From Cyanobium sp. (GTDB lineage Bacteria; Cyanobacteriota; Cyanobacteriia; PCC-6307; Cyanobiaceae), in contig JBJTUJ010000144.1 of NCBI GenBank assembly GCA_046080685.1, positions 1 through 36,636 of the forward strand: DNA of 36,636 bases. Reading direction: 5' to 3'. The notes under the pieces are model-generated. The model ran no database searches. It was not told where the DNA came from and saw only the letters and a program-made list of their open reading frames with translations. Positions within the stretch are counted from its first letter, which is position 1. Each line of letters opens with the position of its first letter. Positions 28,316-36,636 of this stretch are shown here, piece after piece. Position numbers and translations under genes: made by a program.

Positions 28316-29537
28316 AGCCACTGGCCACCACTGCCCCCGTGAGGTCATGCGGCAGAGACGGCCGGTTCGCCGCGATGGAGCCCGAAGGTGCAGAGCCGTC
28401 GGCCGCCGGATCGAACAGGAGCCAGCGCCGTCCACCGATCTCCAGGTGCCGCTCCGGCAGCCCGAGGAAGCGCTCCGGTCCCCAGCACAGCACCTGCCAG
28501 AGCTGCCCGGCCGGCCAGCCGCGCCCCTGCACAAGTTCCCGCCAGAGCAGCGGCAGCACCACACCATGACCGGCCAGGCCGGCGCGGCGCTGATCGAGCG
28601 GCAGGAGCCTCTCCTCGGCATCGAGGGCCTGGTGGTGCACCGCTACGGCGGAAAGGCGGCCATCGGCAAGGGCAGCGATCAGGGCCTCCCGATCCTGGGG
28701 ACTGCCGAGAGCGGGAACCTGGCGCCAGCCTTCGTCGGCGGGATCGAGCCGGCCGCTGTCGGCCACCAGATGCCACCAGGACACGCTCGCCGGTGGCGGC
28801 GACGGACAATGCCCCAGACGCTCGAGCGCCTCGGCGGTGGAGAGATTCATCAGCCGCAGCCCGGGGAGGGGAAGGGCGGCGGCCAGCGCCAGCAGCGACT
28901 CCAGGGGCAGGGTCTCGCTGACGACCGGATCGAGGGTCCAGCCGGCCCGCAGCGCCTCCACCCGCTCACGGACGAAACCCTGCTGGGCGAGGGCGGCATC
29001 GCGGACCGCCACCAGCAGGGGACGATCCCCCGTTTCCGCCAGCCGAAGCCCGCGCTCCAGCAGATCCAGAGGCGGCAGATGGTCGCCGGTGGCCACCCCC
29101 ACGGCCCCCGCCTCCAGCTGGTCGGCATGGGGCGCGAGCTCCGCATCCGCGCCATCGCTGCTGAACGCCCCCCAGCAGTGGAGGTTCATCGGCGCCGGCC
29201 AGTGAAGACCCAGTCGCTCCGGGCGATCGCGCCAGGAACTGGCCCAGGGCAGCAGGGCCACCGTCCCGTATCCACCCGCCGCTGCCGCCGCCCGAAGGCT
29301 GCCCAGGGTCTCGGCGCGACCGCCGACCGGATCCTCCAGCACGCTGTGGGGGTCCACCAGGGGGGGTGCGAGCCAGCAGCTGCGGGCGTCGATCTCCGAG
29401 GCCCCCTCCATCCCCAGCGAACCTTCGGCCTCCACGGCGATCAGACGCTCACCCTCCAGGAGCGCATCGGCCCGGCGCTCCGGCTGTCCGGGAGCCTCGA
29501 GCAGGTTCACCCCGCGCAAAAGCAGGCGACGGTCCAT
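28269..29537 (-). CDS. Dihydroorotase-like protein (probably inactive PyrC')
   Basis: Amidohydrolase layout: LVDPHS.LEDP, ETL.SL..AAAAGGY, NLSTAE, PALGS..DREALI; metal ligands degenerate. Confidence 0.82.
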   Translation of the reverse strand: MDRRLLLRGVNLLEAPGQPERRADALLEGERLIAVEAEGSLGMEGASEIDARSCWLAPPLVDPHSVLEDPVGGRAETLGSLRAAAAAGGYGTVALLPWASSWRDRPERLGLHWPAPMNLHCWGAFSSDGADAELAPHADQLEAGAVGVATGDHLPPLDLLERGLRLAETGDRPLLVAVRDAALAQQGFVRERVEALRAGWTLDPVVSETLPLESLLALAAALPLPGLRLMNLSTAEALERLGHCPSPPPASVSWWHLVADSGRLDPADEGWRQVPALGSPQDREALIAALADGRLSAVAVHHQALDAEERLLPLDQRRAGLAGHGVVLPLLWRELVQGRGWPAGQLWQVLCWGPERFLGLPERHLEIGGRRWLLFDPAADGSAPSGSIAANRPSLPHDLTGAVVASGFSEPATWRLPEAPSR

Positions 29538-29548
29538 GGCGGGGGGAT

Positions 29549-30910
29549 TCAGAGGGCGCCGGCCGCCGTGCGGTCGATCACCCCTCCGAGATGGTGGGTG
29601 AGATTCAGGCTGGTCACCACCGGCAGGCCATTCGCCCCACGGGGGTAGTCGATCACCGTGACCCCGCCGTTGCCCTGCTTCACGGCCCAGATGTCGCCGG
29701 GTGAAAGGCCGAGCAGAGCGCAGAGGATGGCCTTGTTCACGGCATCGTGAGCCACCACCAGGGCGGTCTCACGCTCGTCGAGACCAGCGGCGATCCGGTC
29801 CCAGGTGCGCAGGGAACGCTGCCAGACGTCGTGGATGGTCTCGCCCCCGGGCATCTGCACGGTTTCGGGGGCCCTCTTCCAGTCGGCCAGGAGCTGGGGC
29901 CAGCCCTCGGCGATCTCGCTCTCCAGCCGGCCCTCCCACAACCCATGGCCGATCTCCAGCAGGCCGGTGGTGCTGGTGAGGGGAACGCCGGGATGGGCGC
30001 GGAGGATCACTTCCGCCGTCTGTCGGGGGCGGGCCATCGCGCTGGTGTAGGCCCGATCGATCGGCACCTTGGCGAGGAACTCCAGTGCGGCGGCGGCCTG
30101 GGAAAGCCCGTTGCCGTTGAGGGGGATGTCGATCTGCCCCTGGAAGCGGCCCTGGCGATTCCAGTCGGTTTCACCGTGACGCACCAGCAGCAGGCGCGGG
30201 CCGGCTCCCCTCGGCGGAAGGGGCAGTCCGAGATGGGCGATGCCGTTGAGGGATTCGATCTGCACCACCCGGCGACCGTCGGGTCTGGGAGCGATGTTCA
30301 GCACGGAGATCGAGCCGTTGTCGACCCGCAGCCGACGGAAGCCGGTCGCATCCAGGCCGAGCAGCTGGAGCAGCACGCAGCGCAGGATCGCGTTGTGGGC
30401 CACCACCAGCACCGTGGCATCGGAGACCGGGTCGTTGCGGCGAAGCAAGCGTTCCACGAACCGGCCCGCCTGGTCCATCAGCTCCGGCAGAGGGCGGTAG
30501 CGGCTGCCGTCAGTGCGCTCGAGTTCGAGGGTTTCCGGCTGGTCGCGCCAACGGCGCTCCCCCTCCGGATCGCGCTCCCGCAGTTCGGACCGGAGCAGCC
30601 CGCTCCAGGGCTCAAGATCGATCTCCTGAAGATCATCATCGAGAATGGCGTGACGGGCTCCACCACCGTGGGCCGCCAGCAGGGCGGTGGCCGTGTCCCT
30701 GGCCCGGCGCAGGGGCGAGCTGTAGGCGGCGTCGAGCCGCACATCCCGCAGGGCTTCCCCGCTGCGACGGGCCTGCTCCACCCCTTCCTCGGTAAGGTCG
30801 GACAGGTCGTCACGACCCTGGATGCGGTGCTCCAGGTTGAAGCTGCTCAGCCCGTGGCGGACGAGCAGGAGGCGGACGGGCACGGCAATGGTGGCCACGA
30901 CAGGGGCCAT
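29549..30910 (-). CDS. Tandem-domain histidine phosphatase (PGM/phosphoserine phosphatase-like)
   Basis: Two RHG motifs (VRHGLSSFN and VRHGETDWN), each followed by VVAH; start ATG 30910 or GTG 30883. Confidence 0.9.
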   Translation of the reverse strand: MAPVVATIAVPVRLLLVRHGLSSFNLEHRIQGRDDLSDLTEEGVEQARRSGEALRDVRLDAAYSSPLRRARDTATALLAAHGGGARHAILDDDLQEIDLEPWSGLLRSELRERDPEGERRWRDQPETLELERTDGSRYRPLPELMDQAGRFVERLLRRNDPVSDATVLVVAHNAILRCVLLQLLGLDATGFRRLRVDNGSISVLNIAPRPDGRRVVQIESLNGIAHLGLPLPPRGAGPRLLLVRHGETDWNRQGRFQGQIDIPLNGNGLSQAAAALEFLAKVPIDRAYTSAMARPRQTAEVILRAHPGVPLTSTTGLLEIGHGLWEGRLESEIAEGWPQLLADWKRAPETVQMPGGETIHDVWQRSLRTWDRIAAGLDERETALVVAHDAVNKAILCALLGLSPGDIWAVKQGNGGVTVIDYPRGANGLPVVTSLNLTHHLGGVIDRTAAGAL

Positions 30911-30998
30911 CGTATGGGAGCACCCCGGGCGGCCGATCCGCTGCGGGGAGGTCCCGGCGGGACAATCAACCCACACCTGTCCGAGCGCGAGCTTCCGG

Positions 30999-32471
30999 TT
31001 GAGTCTCCCCGTTTCCCACCCCAGCCCGATCGACCCCCGTGGCGACGGCCCGCCGGATCCACCGCCGGCGAATCCCCCCTCCTGGAAGGTGCTGCTGGCC
31101 CTGCTCAGCCTCTCCTTGAGCCTGCTGCTCTGGCTTGAGGGACTGGCGGGCAGCCTGCAGCGCCCCTCGGTGGAGACGGCCCTCGATCTGCGCCAACTGG
31201 AACTGAGCGCCCTCGTGGAGGACCACCTGCCACCAACCCTGCGCTCCTTTCTGGTCGGCGAGGACCCCCGCAAGGCCCTGGCCGACGCCCTGGCGCAGAA
31301 CCTGGGCGACAGCGCCAATCCCCTGCCGGCCGAGCGGCGCCTGGAACTCGGTCTGCTGCGCCGGGGCAGCGAAGACAGCAGCGAAGCCCGGGCCGCCGAC
31401 CAGCAGCTGCAGGACCTCATCCCCACCGTCGACCCGTCCCGTCGTGCGCTGCTGGAAGCTCTGGTGGCAGGCCGGCCGTTGTCGGCCCCCGAACGGGACA
31501 GGCTGCTGCGCCCCTGGCAGCCTTCTCCCCTGCTGGAACAACTTGGTTGCGAGCAACTGGGAGGCGGCGCCGGCCAGGAGACCTGCCCCGCCGATCGCAA
31601 CCCCGGCCGCCGCGTCCTGCGGCTGCTGGTGGTGAACGTGCTGCCCCTGGTGCTGCTGCTCACCGGCCTGGGGCTGCTGATCCGCCTGCTCCGGCGCCTG
31701 CTCACGGGAAGGGAACCTCCGTTCCCACCCCTGATCGGCCCCCCGCTCACCCCGATCGACGCGACCCTGCTGATCGCGGGGGGATTTGTGCTGGTTGGCG
31801 AACTGGTGGTGCCCGGCGTGCTGGAGCCACCGCTCACGGCGTTGATCCGCAGCCGGAACATCTCAGCGCCCCTGGCGGAGGGTCTGCGCGTTCTGGTGCT
31901 GTATCTGGGCTTGATGGCCGCCCCCGTGGCGATCCTGCTGCTGCTCCTGCGCGGTCAACGCCCCCTGCGGCCCTCCGGCGGTTGGCTCCAGTGGCACTGG
32001 CGCCCCCTCAGGGCAGCAGCCGGGCCGGCCCTGGCCCTGTTGCTGATGCTGCTGCCGCCTGTGGCCCTCTCCGGCTGGCTGGTGGCACAGCTCTGGGACG
32101 ACCCAGGCGGCAGCAATCCGCTTCTGGAACTGGTGCTCACCAGCGGCGATCCCCGCGCTCTGGCCTGCTTCGCCATCACCGCGATGGTGCTCGCCCCGCT
32201 GTTCGAGGAAACCCTGTTCCGCGGCATCCTGCTGCCGGTGCTGGGCCAGCGGCTGGGGGGTACGGGGGCGGTGATGATCAGCGCGGCGGTGTTCGCCCTG
32301 GCCCATCTCAGCCTGGGGGAGTTGATGCCCCTGTTCGTGCTGGGGGTGGGCTTGGGCCTGCTGCGCTGGCGGAGCGGTCGGCTGGCCTCGTCGGTGATCG
32401 CGCACGCCCTCTGGAACGGGCTCACCTTCGCCAATCTGCTCCTGCTTGCCGACGGAGCAGGAGGCGTGTGA
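30999..32471 (+). CDS. CPBP (CAAX/Abi) family intramembrane metalloprotease
   Basis: APLFEETLFRG, FALAH and HALWN motifs; start inferred (TTG 30999). Confidence 0.88.
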   Translation: MSLPVSHPSPIDPRGDGPPDPPPANPPSWKVLLALLSLSLSLLLWLEGLAGSLQRPSVETALDLRQLELSALVEDHLPPTLRSFLVGEDPRKALADALAQNLGDSANPLPAERRLELGLLRRGSEDSSEARAADQQLQDLIPTVDPSRRALLEALVAGRPLSAPERDRLLRPWQPSPLLEQLGCEQLGGGAGQETCPADRNPGRRVLRLLVVNVLPLVLLLTGLGLLIRLLRRLLTGREPPFPPLIGPPLTPIDATLLIAGGFVLVGELVVPGVLEPPLTALIRSRNISAPLAEGLRVLVLYLGLMAAPVAILLLLLRGQRPLRPSGGWLQWHWRPLRAAAGPALALLLMLLPPVALSGWLVAQLWDDPGGSNPLLELVLTSGDPRALACFAITAMVLAPLFEETLFRGILLPVLGQRLGGTGAVMISAAVFALAHLSLGELMPLFVLGVGLGLLRWRSGRLASSVIAHALWNGLTFANLLLLADGAGGV

Positions 32472-32544
32472 GAAGGCCGTCAACGGACGCCTTGCTGCCA
32501 GCCCCCCGGGGTGGTTCACTTGCGCAGTGAACGGACGGACATCC

Positions 32545-33012
32545 TTGGTCGCCACCTTCCTCAGTGCCACACCCCGGCGGAGCGAACGTCCTTCCAATCC
32601 GGGCCGTCGCCGTTCCACCCGCTCCCTGCAGGTGATCGAGAACTCCCTCTCGGCCCGCCGGATCGAGAGGCGCTCACCCTGGCTGGCCGGTTTTCACCGC
32701 ATCAGCACCGGTGCCCTGGCCGGCCTGGGCCTGGCCACGGTCTCCCTCAGCGCCCTCACCCTGCACTGGCAGAACGAGTGGGCAAGCAGCTACAGCCAGC
32801 TCGAGGCCTCCAAGTCCCTCGAACATCGTCTGCAGGAATCGTCGGCCCTGCTCGAGCAGCATCACCTTGGTGCCGTGCGGCGTCCGGGCCAGCTCGTTCC
32901 CACGAGCAGCGAGAAACTGATCCACCTTCCCGAACCGGTGGTCAAACACCCATCAGGCACCCAGGCCCTGCTTGCCCAGCTGCAGTTGCATCGCATCCCG
33001 GCCGGCTACTGA
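32545..33012 (+). CDS. Bitopic coiled-coil protein, FtsL-like candidate
   Basis: Basic N-terminus, single TM, heptad segment YSQLEASKSLEHRLQESSALLEQ; stop overlaps the ftsI start (TGATG); start inferred. Confidence 0.65.
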   Translation: MVATFLSATPRRSERPSNPGRRRSTRSLQVIENSLSARRIERRSPWLAGFHRISTGALAGLGLATVSLSALTLHWQNEWASSYSQLEASKSLEHRLQESSALLEQHHLGAVRRPGQLVPTSSEKLIHLPEPVVKHPSGTQALLAQLQLHRIPAGY

Positions 33013-34892
33013 TGGCCCGCTCCTCCACGCGTCCCCATCCGCCCGGCGGCACCGGGCGGTCTGATCGAACCCGTGGTGGTGGTCGGCGCGGCGGTCCTTC
33101 CCCGCTACCCGACCGCAGTGCCCGGCATCGGGTGGTGGACATCCAGCCCCTGACCAACCGCAGGCTTGTGGCGGTGTTCCTGCTGCTGAGTGCCGCGCTT
33201 GGTGGTCTGGCGCTGCGGCTGGGGTGGCTGCAGGTGGTGCAGGGCGACCGGCTGCAGGCCCGGGCCCGGGCGATCCAAACCCAGTCGATCGCCCCGTTGG
33301 GCAAGCGGCGCACGATCGTGGACCGGACGGGGAGGCTGGTGGCCCTCGACGAGGAGCGCTTCACCCTCTGGGCCCACCCGCGCTACTTCAACTTTCCCGG
33401 CGATGATCCCCAGAGCCTGCGCAGGCCCGACGAGGTGGCCACGCGGCTGGCCACGGTTCTTGCCCGTCCCCGCGAAGAACTGCTGACCACGATGGGAAGC
33501 CGCCCCAGCGGCGTGAAGCTTGCCACCAACCTCGACCCGGAAACCGCGGAGAGGGTTAAGCAACTGAAGATCTCGGGCCTCGATCTCGAGGGCTATCCCC
33601 AGCGGGTCTACCCCCAGGGTCAGCTGTTCGCCAACGTTGTCGGATTCCTCAACCTGGAGCGTGTGCCCCAGGCGGGCCTTGAGCAGAGCCGCGATGACGA
33701 CCTGCGCCGCCAGGAGATGACGGTGAGCATGCGCCGCGGCGCCGATGGCACGCCGCTTCCCGATGGTCTCAAGGCCGGTTCCCTCTACGGCGACGATCTG
33801 CGTCTGCAGCTCACCCTCGATTCGCGCCTGCAACAGGTGGCCCAGCAGGCCCTGGCCAAGCAGGTGAAACAGTGGAGCGCCAAACGGGGAGCCGCCCTGG
33901 TGATGGACAGCCGCAGTGGCGAGATCCTGGCCCTGGCCTCCACCCCCAGCTACGACCCAAACCGCTTCTGGACGTACGACCCAGGGCTGTTCCGCGAATG
34001 GTCGGTGCAGGATCTCTACGAGCCGGGCTCCACCTTCAAGCCGATCAACATGGCCCTGGCCCTGCAGGAGAAAGCCATCGATCCCAGAGGCACGGCCAAC
34101 GACGTGGGTCAGCTCAACATCGGCGGCTGGCCGATCTTCAATGCCGACCGCCGCGCCAACGGCGTGATCGACTTCCCCACCGTTCTCCAGGTGTCGAGCA
34201 ACGTGGCGATGGTCGACATCATGTCGAGGGTCAAACGCGATCGCTTCTGGCACTGGCTGCACACCCTCGGCATCGACACCGTCCCTGACACCGATCTCCC
34301 GGGGGCGGTGGCCGGGCAGCTGAAGAGTCGGCAGGAATTCACCGGTGCGGCGATCGAGCCGGCGGTGGCTGCCTTCGGCCAGGGCTTCTCCCTCACCCCC
34401 CTGAAACTGGTTCAGCTGCACGGGATGCTGGCCAATGGCGGCCGGCTGGTCAGCCCCCACATCACCCGGGGGCTGCGCTCCGGCGATGCCGTGGCCAGTT
34501 CCGGCACCCCGACGGGCATCCAGCTGCTCGATCCCAAGGTCACCCGCACGGTGATCGACTGGATGGAGTCGGTGGTTGAGAAGGGAAGCGGCAAGGGCCT
34601 GCAGATTCCCGGCTATCGCCTCGGCGGCAAGACGGGCACCGCCCAGAAGGCCCACAACGGCGTCTACATCCCCGGCGCCCGGATCACCAGCTTCGTGGCC
34701 GTGCTGCCGATCGAGGATCCGCGCTACGTGGTGCTGGTGGTGGTGGATGAGCCCCAGGGCGGCAATGCCTACGGGTCCACGGTGGCGGTGCCGGTGGCAC
34801 GCCAGATCGTTGAGGCCCTGGTGGTGATCGAGAAACTGGCGCCCAGCCAACCGGTAACCAAGTCGCTCAAGGCGCCCGCCGCCCGCACCTGA
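33012..34892 (+). CDS. ftsI: Class B penicillin-binding protein (FtsI/PBP3)
   Basis: N-terminal TM, RRTIVDRTG, catalytic EPGSTFK, SSNV, KTGTAQK. Confidence 0.9.
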   Translation: MARSSTRPHPPGGTGRSDRTRGGGRRGGPSPLPDRSARHRVVDIQPLTNRRLVAVFLLLSAALGGLALRLGWLQVVQGDRLQARARAIQTQSIAPLGKRRTIVDRTGRLVALDEERFTLWAHPRYFNFPGDDPQSLRRPDEVATRLATVLARPREELLTTMGSRPSGVKLATNLDPETAERVKQLKISGLDLEGYPQRVYPQGQLFANVVGFLNLERVPQAGLEQSRDDDLRRQEMTVSMRRGADGTPLPDGLKAGSLYGDDLRLQLTLDSRLQQVAQQALAKQVKQWSAKRGAALVMDSRSGEILALASTPSYDPNRFWTYDPGLFREWSVQDLYEPGSTFKPINMALALQEKAIDPRGTANDVGQLNIGGWPIFNADRRANGVIDFPTVLQVSSNVAMVDIMSRVKRDRFWHWLHTLGIDTVPDTDLPGAVAGQLKSRQEFTGAAIEPAVAAFGQGFSLTPLKLVQLHGMLANGGRLVSPHITRGLRSGDAVASSGTPTGIQLLDPKVTRTVIDWMESVVEKGSGKGLQIPGYRLGGKTGTAQKAHNGVYIPGARITSFVAVLPIEDPRYVVLVVVDEPQGGNAYGSTVAVPVARQIVEALVVIEKLAPSQPVTKSLKAPAART

Positions 34893-34970
34893 TTCCTGTG
34901 CCCGTTCCCACAACCCCCGGGCGTGGGGCCGAAGGGCCTGGCTAGCGTTGCTTCATCGGACGATCGCTCG

Positions 34971-36146
34971 ATGGCCAACCTGCTCGATCAACTCGCCGCG
35001 ATGACTGTGGTGGTGGCGGACACCGGCGACATCGACGCCATCCGCCAGTTCACGCCCCGGGATGCCACCACCAACCCATCCCTGATCCTGGCAGCCGCTC
35101 AGATCCTCACCTATCAGGAGCTGATCGACCGCTCCCTGAGCGAATCGAGGGCCGTGATCGGCAGCCAGGCCGGGGCAGACGAGGTCGTGAGTGAAGCTCT
35201 CGATGAGATCAGCGTCACCTTCGGCAAGGAGATCCTGCGGATCGTGCCCGGTCGGGTGTCCACCGAAGTGGATGCCCGCCTCAGCTTCGACACCGAAGCC
35301 ACCATTGAGAAGGCCCGCAAGCTCATCGGCCTCTACGAGCAGGCCGGCGTGGGTCGCGAGCGCGTGCTGATCAAGATCGCCTCCACCTGGGAAGGGATCC
35401 GCGCCGCCGAGCGCCTCGAGCAGGAGGGCATCCACTGCAACCTCACCCTGCTGTTCGGCTTCGCCCAGGCGGTGGCCTGCGCCGAGGCGGGCGTCACTCT
35501 GATCTCCCCCTTCGTGGGCCGCATCCTCGACTGGTACAAGAAGGCATCGGGTCGCGACAGCTACCCCGGACCGGAGGATCCCGGCGTGATCTCGGTCACG
35601 AAGATCTTCAACTACTTCAAGACCTACGGCTATCGCACCGAGGTGATGGGGGCCAGCTTCCGCAACATCGACGAGATCATCGAACTGGCCGGCTGTGATC
35701 TGCTCACCATCTCCCCGGCCCTGATGGACCAGCTGCGTTCCAGCGAGGGCGTCCTCGAACGGCGTCTGGATCCCGAGCGTCCCGGTCCCACAGAACCCCG
35801 CATCGCGGTGGATCGGGAGGCCTTCGTGCGTCTGATGGCAGACGACGCCATGGCCAGCGAAAAGCTGGATGAGGGCATCCGGGGCTTCACCAAGGCGATC
35901 GAGACCCTGGAGGCCCAGCTGGCCCACAGGCTTGCGGAACTGGAGGGAGGTGCCGCCTTCACCCACGCCGTCCACGAGATCTTCCTGCTCAACGACCTCG
36001 ACGGCGATGGCTGCATCACCAGGGAGGAGTGGCTGGGCAGCGACGCGGTGTTCGATGCCCTTGACACCGACAACGACGGCCGCCTGGCACCGGATGAGGT
36101 GAAGGCCGGACTGGGGGCTCCCCTGGCACTGGTCGCCGGGCGCTGA
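34971..36146 (+). CDS. tal: Transaldolase with C-terminal EF-hand pair
   Basis: [36 protein letters not shown]; EF loops [12 protein letters not shown] and [12 protein letters not shown]. Confidence 0.96.
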   Translation: MANLLDQLAAMTVVVADTGDIDAIRQFTPRDATTNPSLILAAAQILTYQELIDRSLSESRAVIGSQAGADEVVSEALDEISVTFGKEILRIVPGRVSTEVDARLSFDTEATIEKARKLIGLYEQAGVGRERVLIKIASTWEGIRAAERLEQEGIHCNLTLLFGFAQAVACAEAGVTLISPFVGRILDWYKKASGRDSYPGPEDPGVISVTKIFNYFKTYGYRTEVMGASFRNIDEIIELAGCDLLTISPALMDQLRSSEGVLERRLDPERPGPTEPRIAVDREAFVRLMADDAMASEKLDEGIRGFTKAIETLEAQLAHRLAELEGGAAFTHAVHEIFLLNDLDGDGCITREEWLGSDAVFDALDTDNDGRLAPDEVKAGLGAPLALVAGR

Positions 36147-36199
36147 GCCCGGACCGACGATCGGGCACACTGAACTCCCATCGAAGCGCCTTTCGGCCC

Positions 36200-36529
36200 G
36201 TGAACGCCCTCGACACCATGCGTGCCCTCGCCAGCAAGGGTGAGGTGATCGACGTCAAGGCCGGCGAGACCATCTTCCGCTCCGGCGAATCGTGCGACTG
36301 CATGTTCGGGCTGCTGGAGGGCACGGTGCAGCTCAGCTGGAACGGCGACACCGGCCATGAGGAGATCCAGGCCGGCGATGTGTTCGGCGCCGGTGCCCTG
36401 GTCACCCCCGACCATCGCCGCTACGGCAATGCCCGCGCCCTCACCCCCTGCCGGCTGCTGGTGATGAACCGCGAGAAGTTTCTGTTCGCGGTGCAAGAAT
36501 CGCCCATGTTCGCAATATCCCTTATGTAA
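36200..36529 (+). CDS. Cyclic-nucleotide-binding (Crp-like) domain protein, apparently truncated at the junction
   Basis: GETIFRSGE, GDVFGAGAL, RRYGNARA; ends in TAA just after the base composition switches. Confidence 0.8.
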   Translation: MNALDTMRALASKGEVIDVKAGETIFRSGESCDCMFGLLEGTVQLSWNGDTGHEEIQAGDVFGAGALVTPDHRRYGNARALTPCRLLVMNREKFLFAVQESPMFAISLM

Positions 36530-36636
36530 AACATTAAATTTCAATCTGGCATTTTCACACAATCATCTGTAATAAACTCACTAGCATCAGTTACACAGGG
36601 AGGTAAACCAGGAGCTATTACAGGTAAATTTTTTGC
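36514..36636. other. AT-rich foreign-looking terminal segment
   Basis: 41 G+C in 123 nt (about 33%) by hand count, against strongly GC-rich flanking DNA. Confidence 0.8.

Noticed and set aside
30911-31861. N-terminal extension making the histidine phosphatase 770 aa
   Set aside because: It is antisense to the CPBP gene and Ser/Arg-rich. The phosphatase domain starts at about 30883-30910.
30999-32471. CPBP/Abi protein as an anti-phage system
   Set aside because: The 'Abi' label of this family is historical. The gene sits in a housekeeping context with no defence partners.
32511-33011. Apparent N-terminal extension of FtsI
   Set aside because: It overlaps the FtsL-like gene in another frame. 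ATG 33012 gives a normal FtsI.
1-36636. CRISPR arrays, tRNA/rRNA genes, IS elements
   Set aside because: No spaced repeats, cloverleaf-like sequences, transposase ORFs or terminal inverted repeats were seen by eye.

Overview
This is a high-GC, gene-dense segment of a picocyanobacterial chromosome (Cyanobium/Synechococcus-like). The assignment rests on psb27, the cyanobacterial-type RpoD and an EF-hand transaldolase. It is mostly core genome: the end of an M32 carboxypeptidase, ppa, an L,D-transpeptidase, a ClC, hemC, rpoD, priA, argB, ssb, cobK, cutA, a PfkB kinase, purA, psb27, proS, a second ppa, a ferredoxin, an ArsC/Spx protein, lepB, a pyrC-like gene, a histidine phosphatase, a CPBP protease, an ftsL-like gene with ftsI, tal and a cNMP-binding protein. 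I see no rRNA, tRNA, CRISPR array, integrase or transposase, and no self-contained novel system can be asserted with certainty. The best leads are: (1) a GT2-GtrA / ArnT-like / PAP2 cassette resembling rhizobial lipid A phosphate-to-galacturonate remodelling genes; (2) a pore-less voltage-sensor-like membrane protein; (3) a ClC with a nitrate-type GPGLP filter and no proton glutamate; (4) a cryptic FtsL candidate; (5) a roughly 420-nt structured rpoD leader behind a canonical promoter; (6) degenerate enzyme paralogues (ppa2, PyrC'). Three spots look like sequence or assembly anomalies: a frameshift at about 210, an adenine-free patch in rpoD, and an abrupt AT-rich junction in the last 123 or so nt. 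Family names come from recalled motifs, not from database searches.
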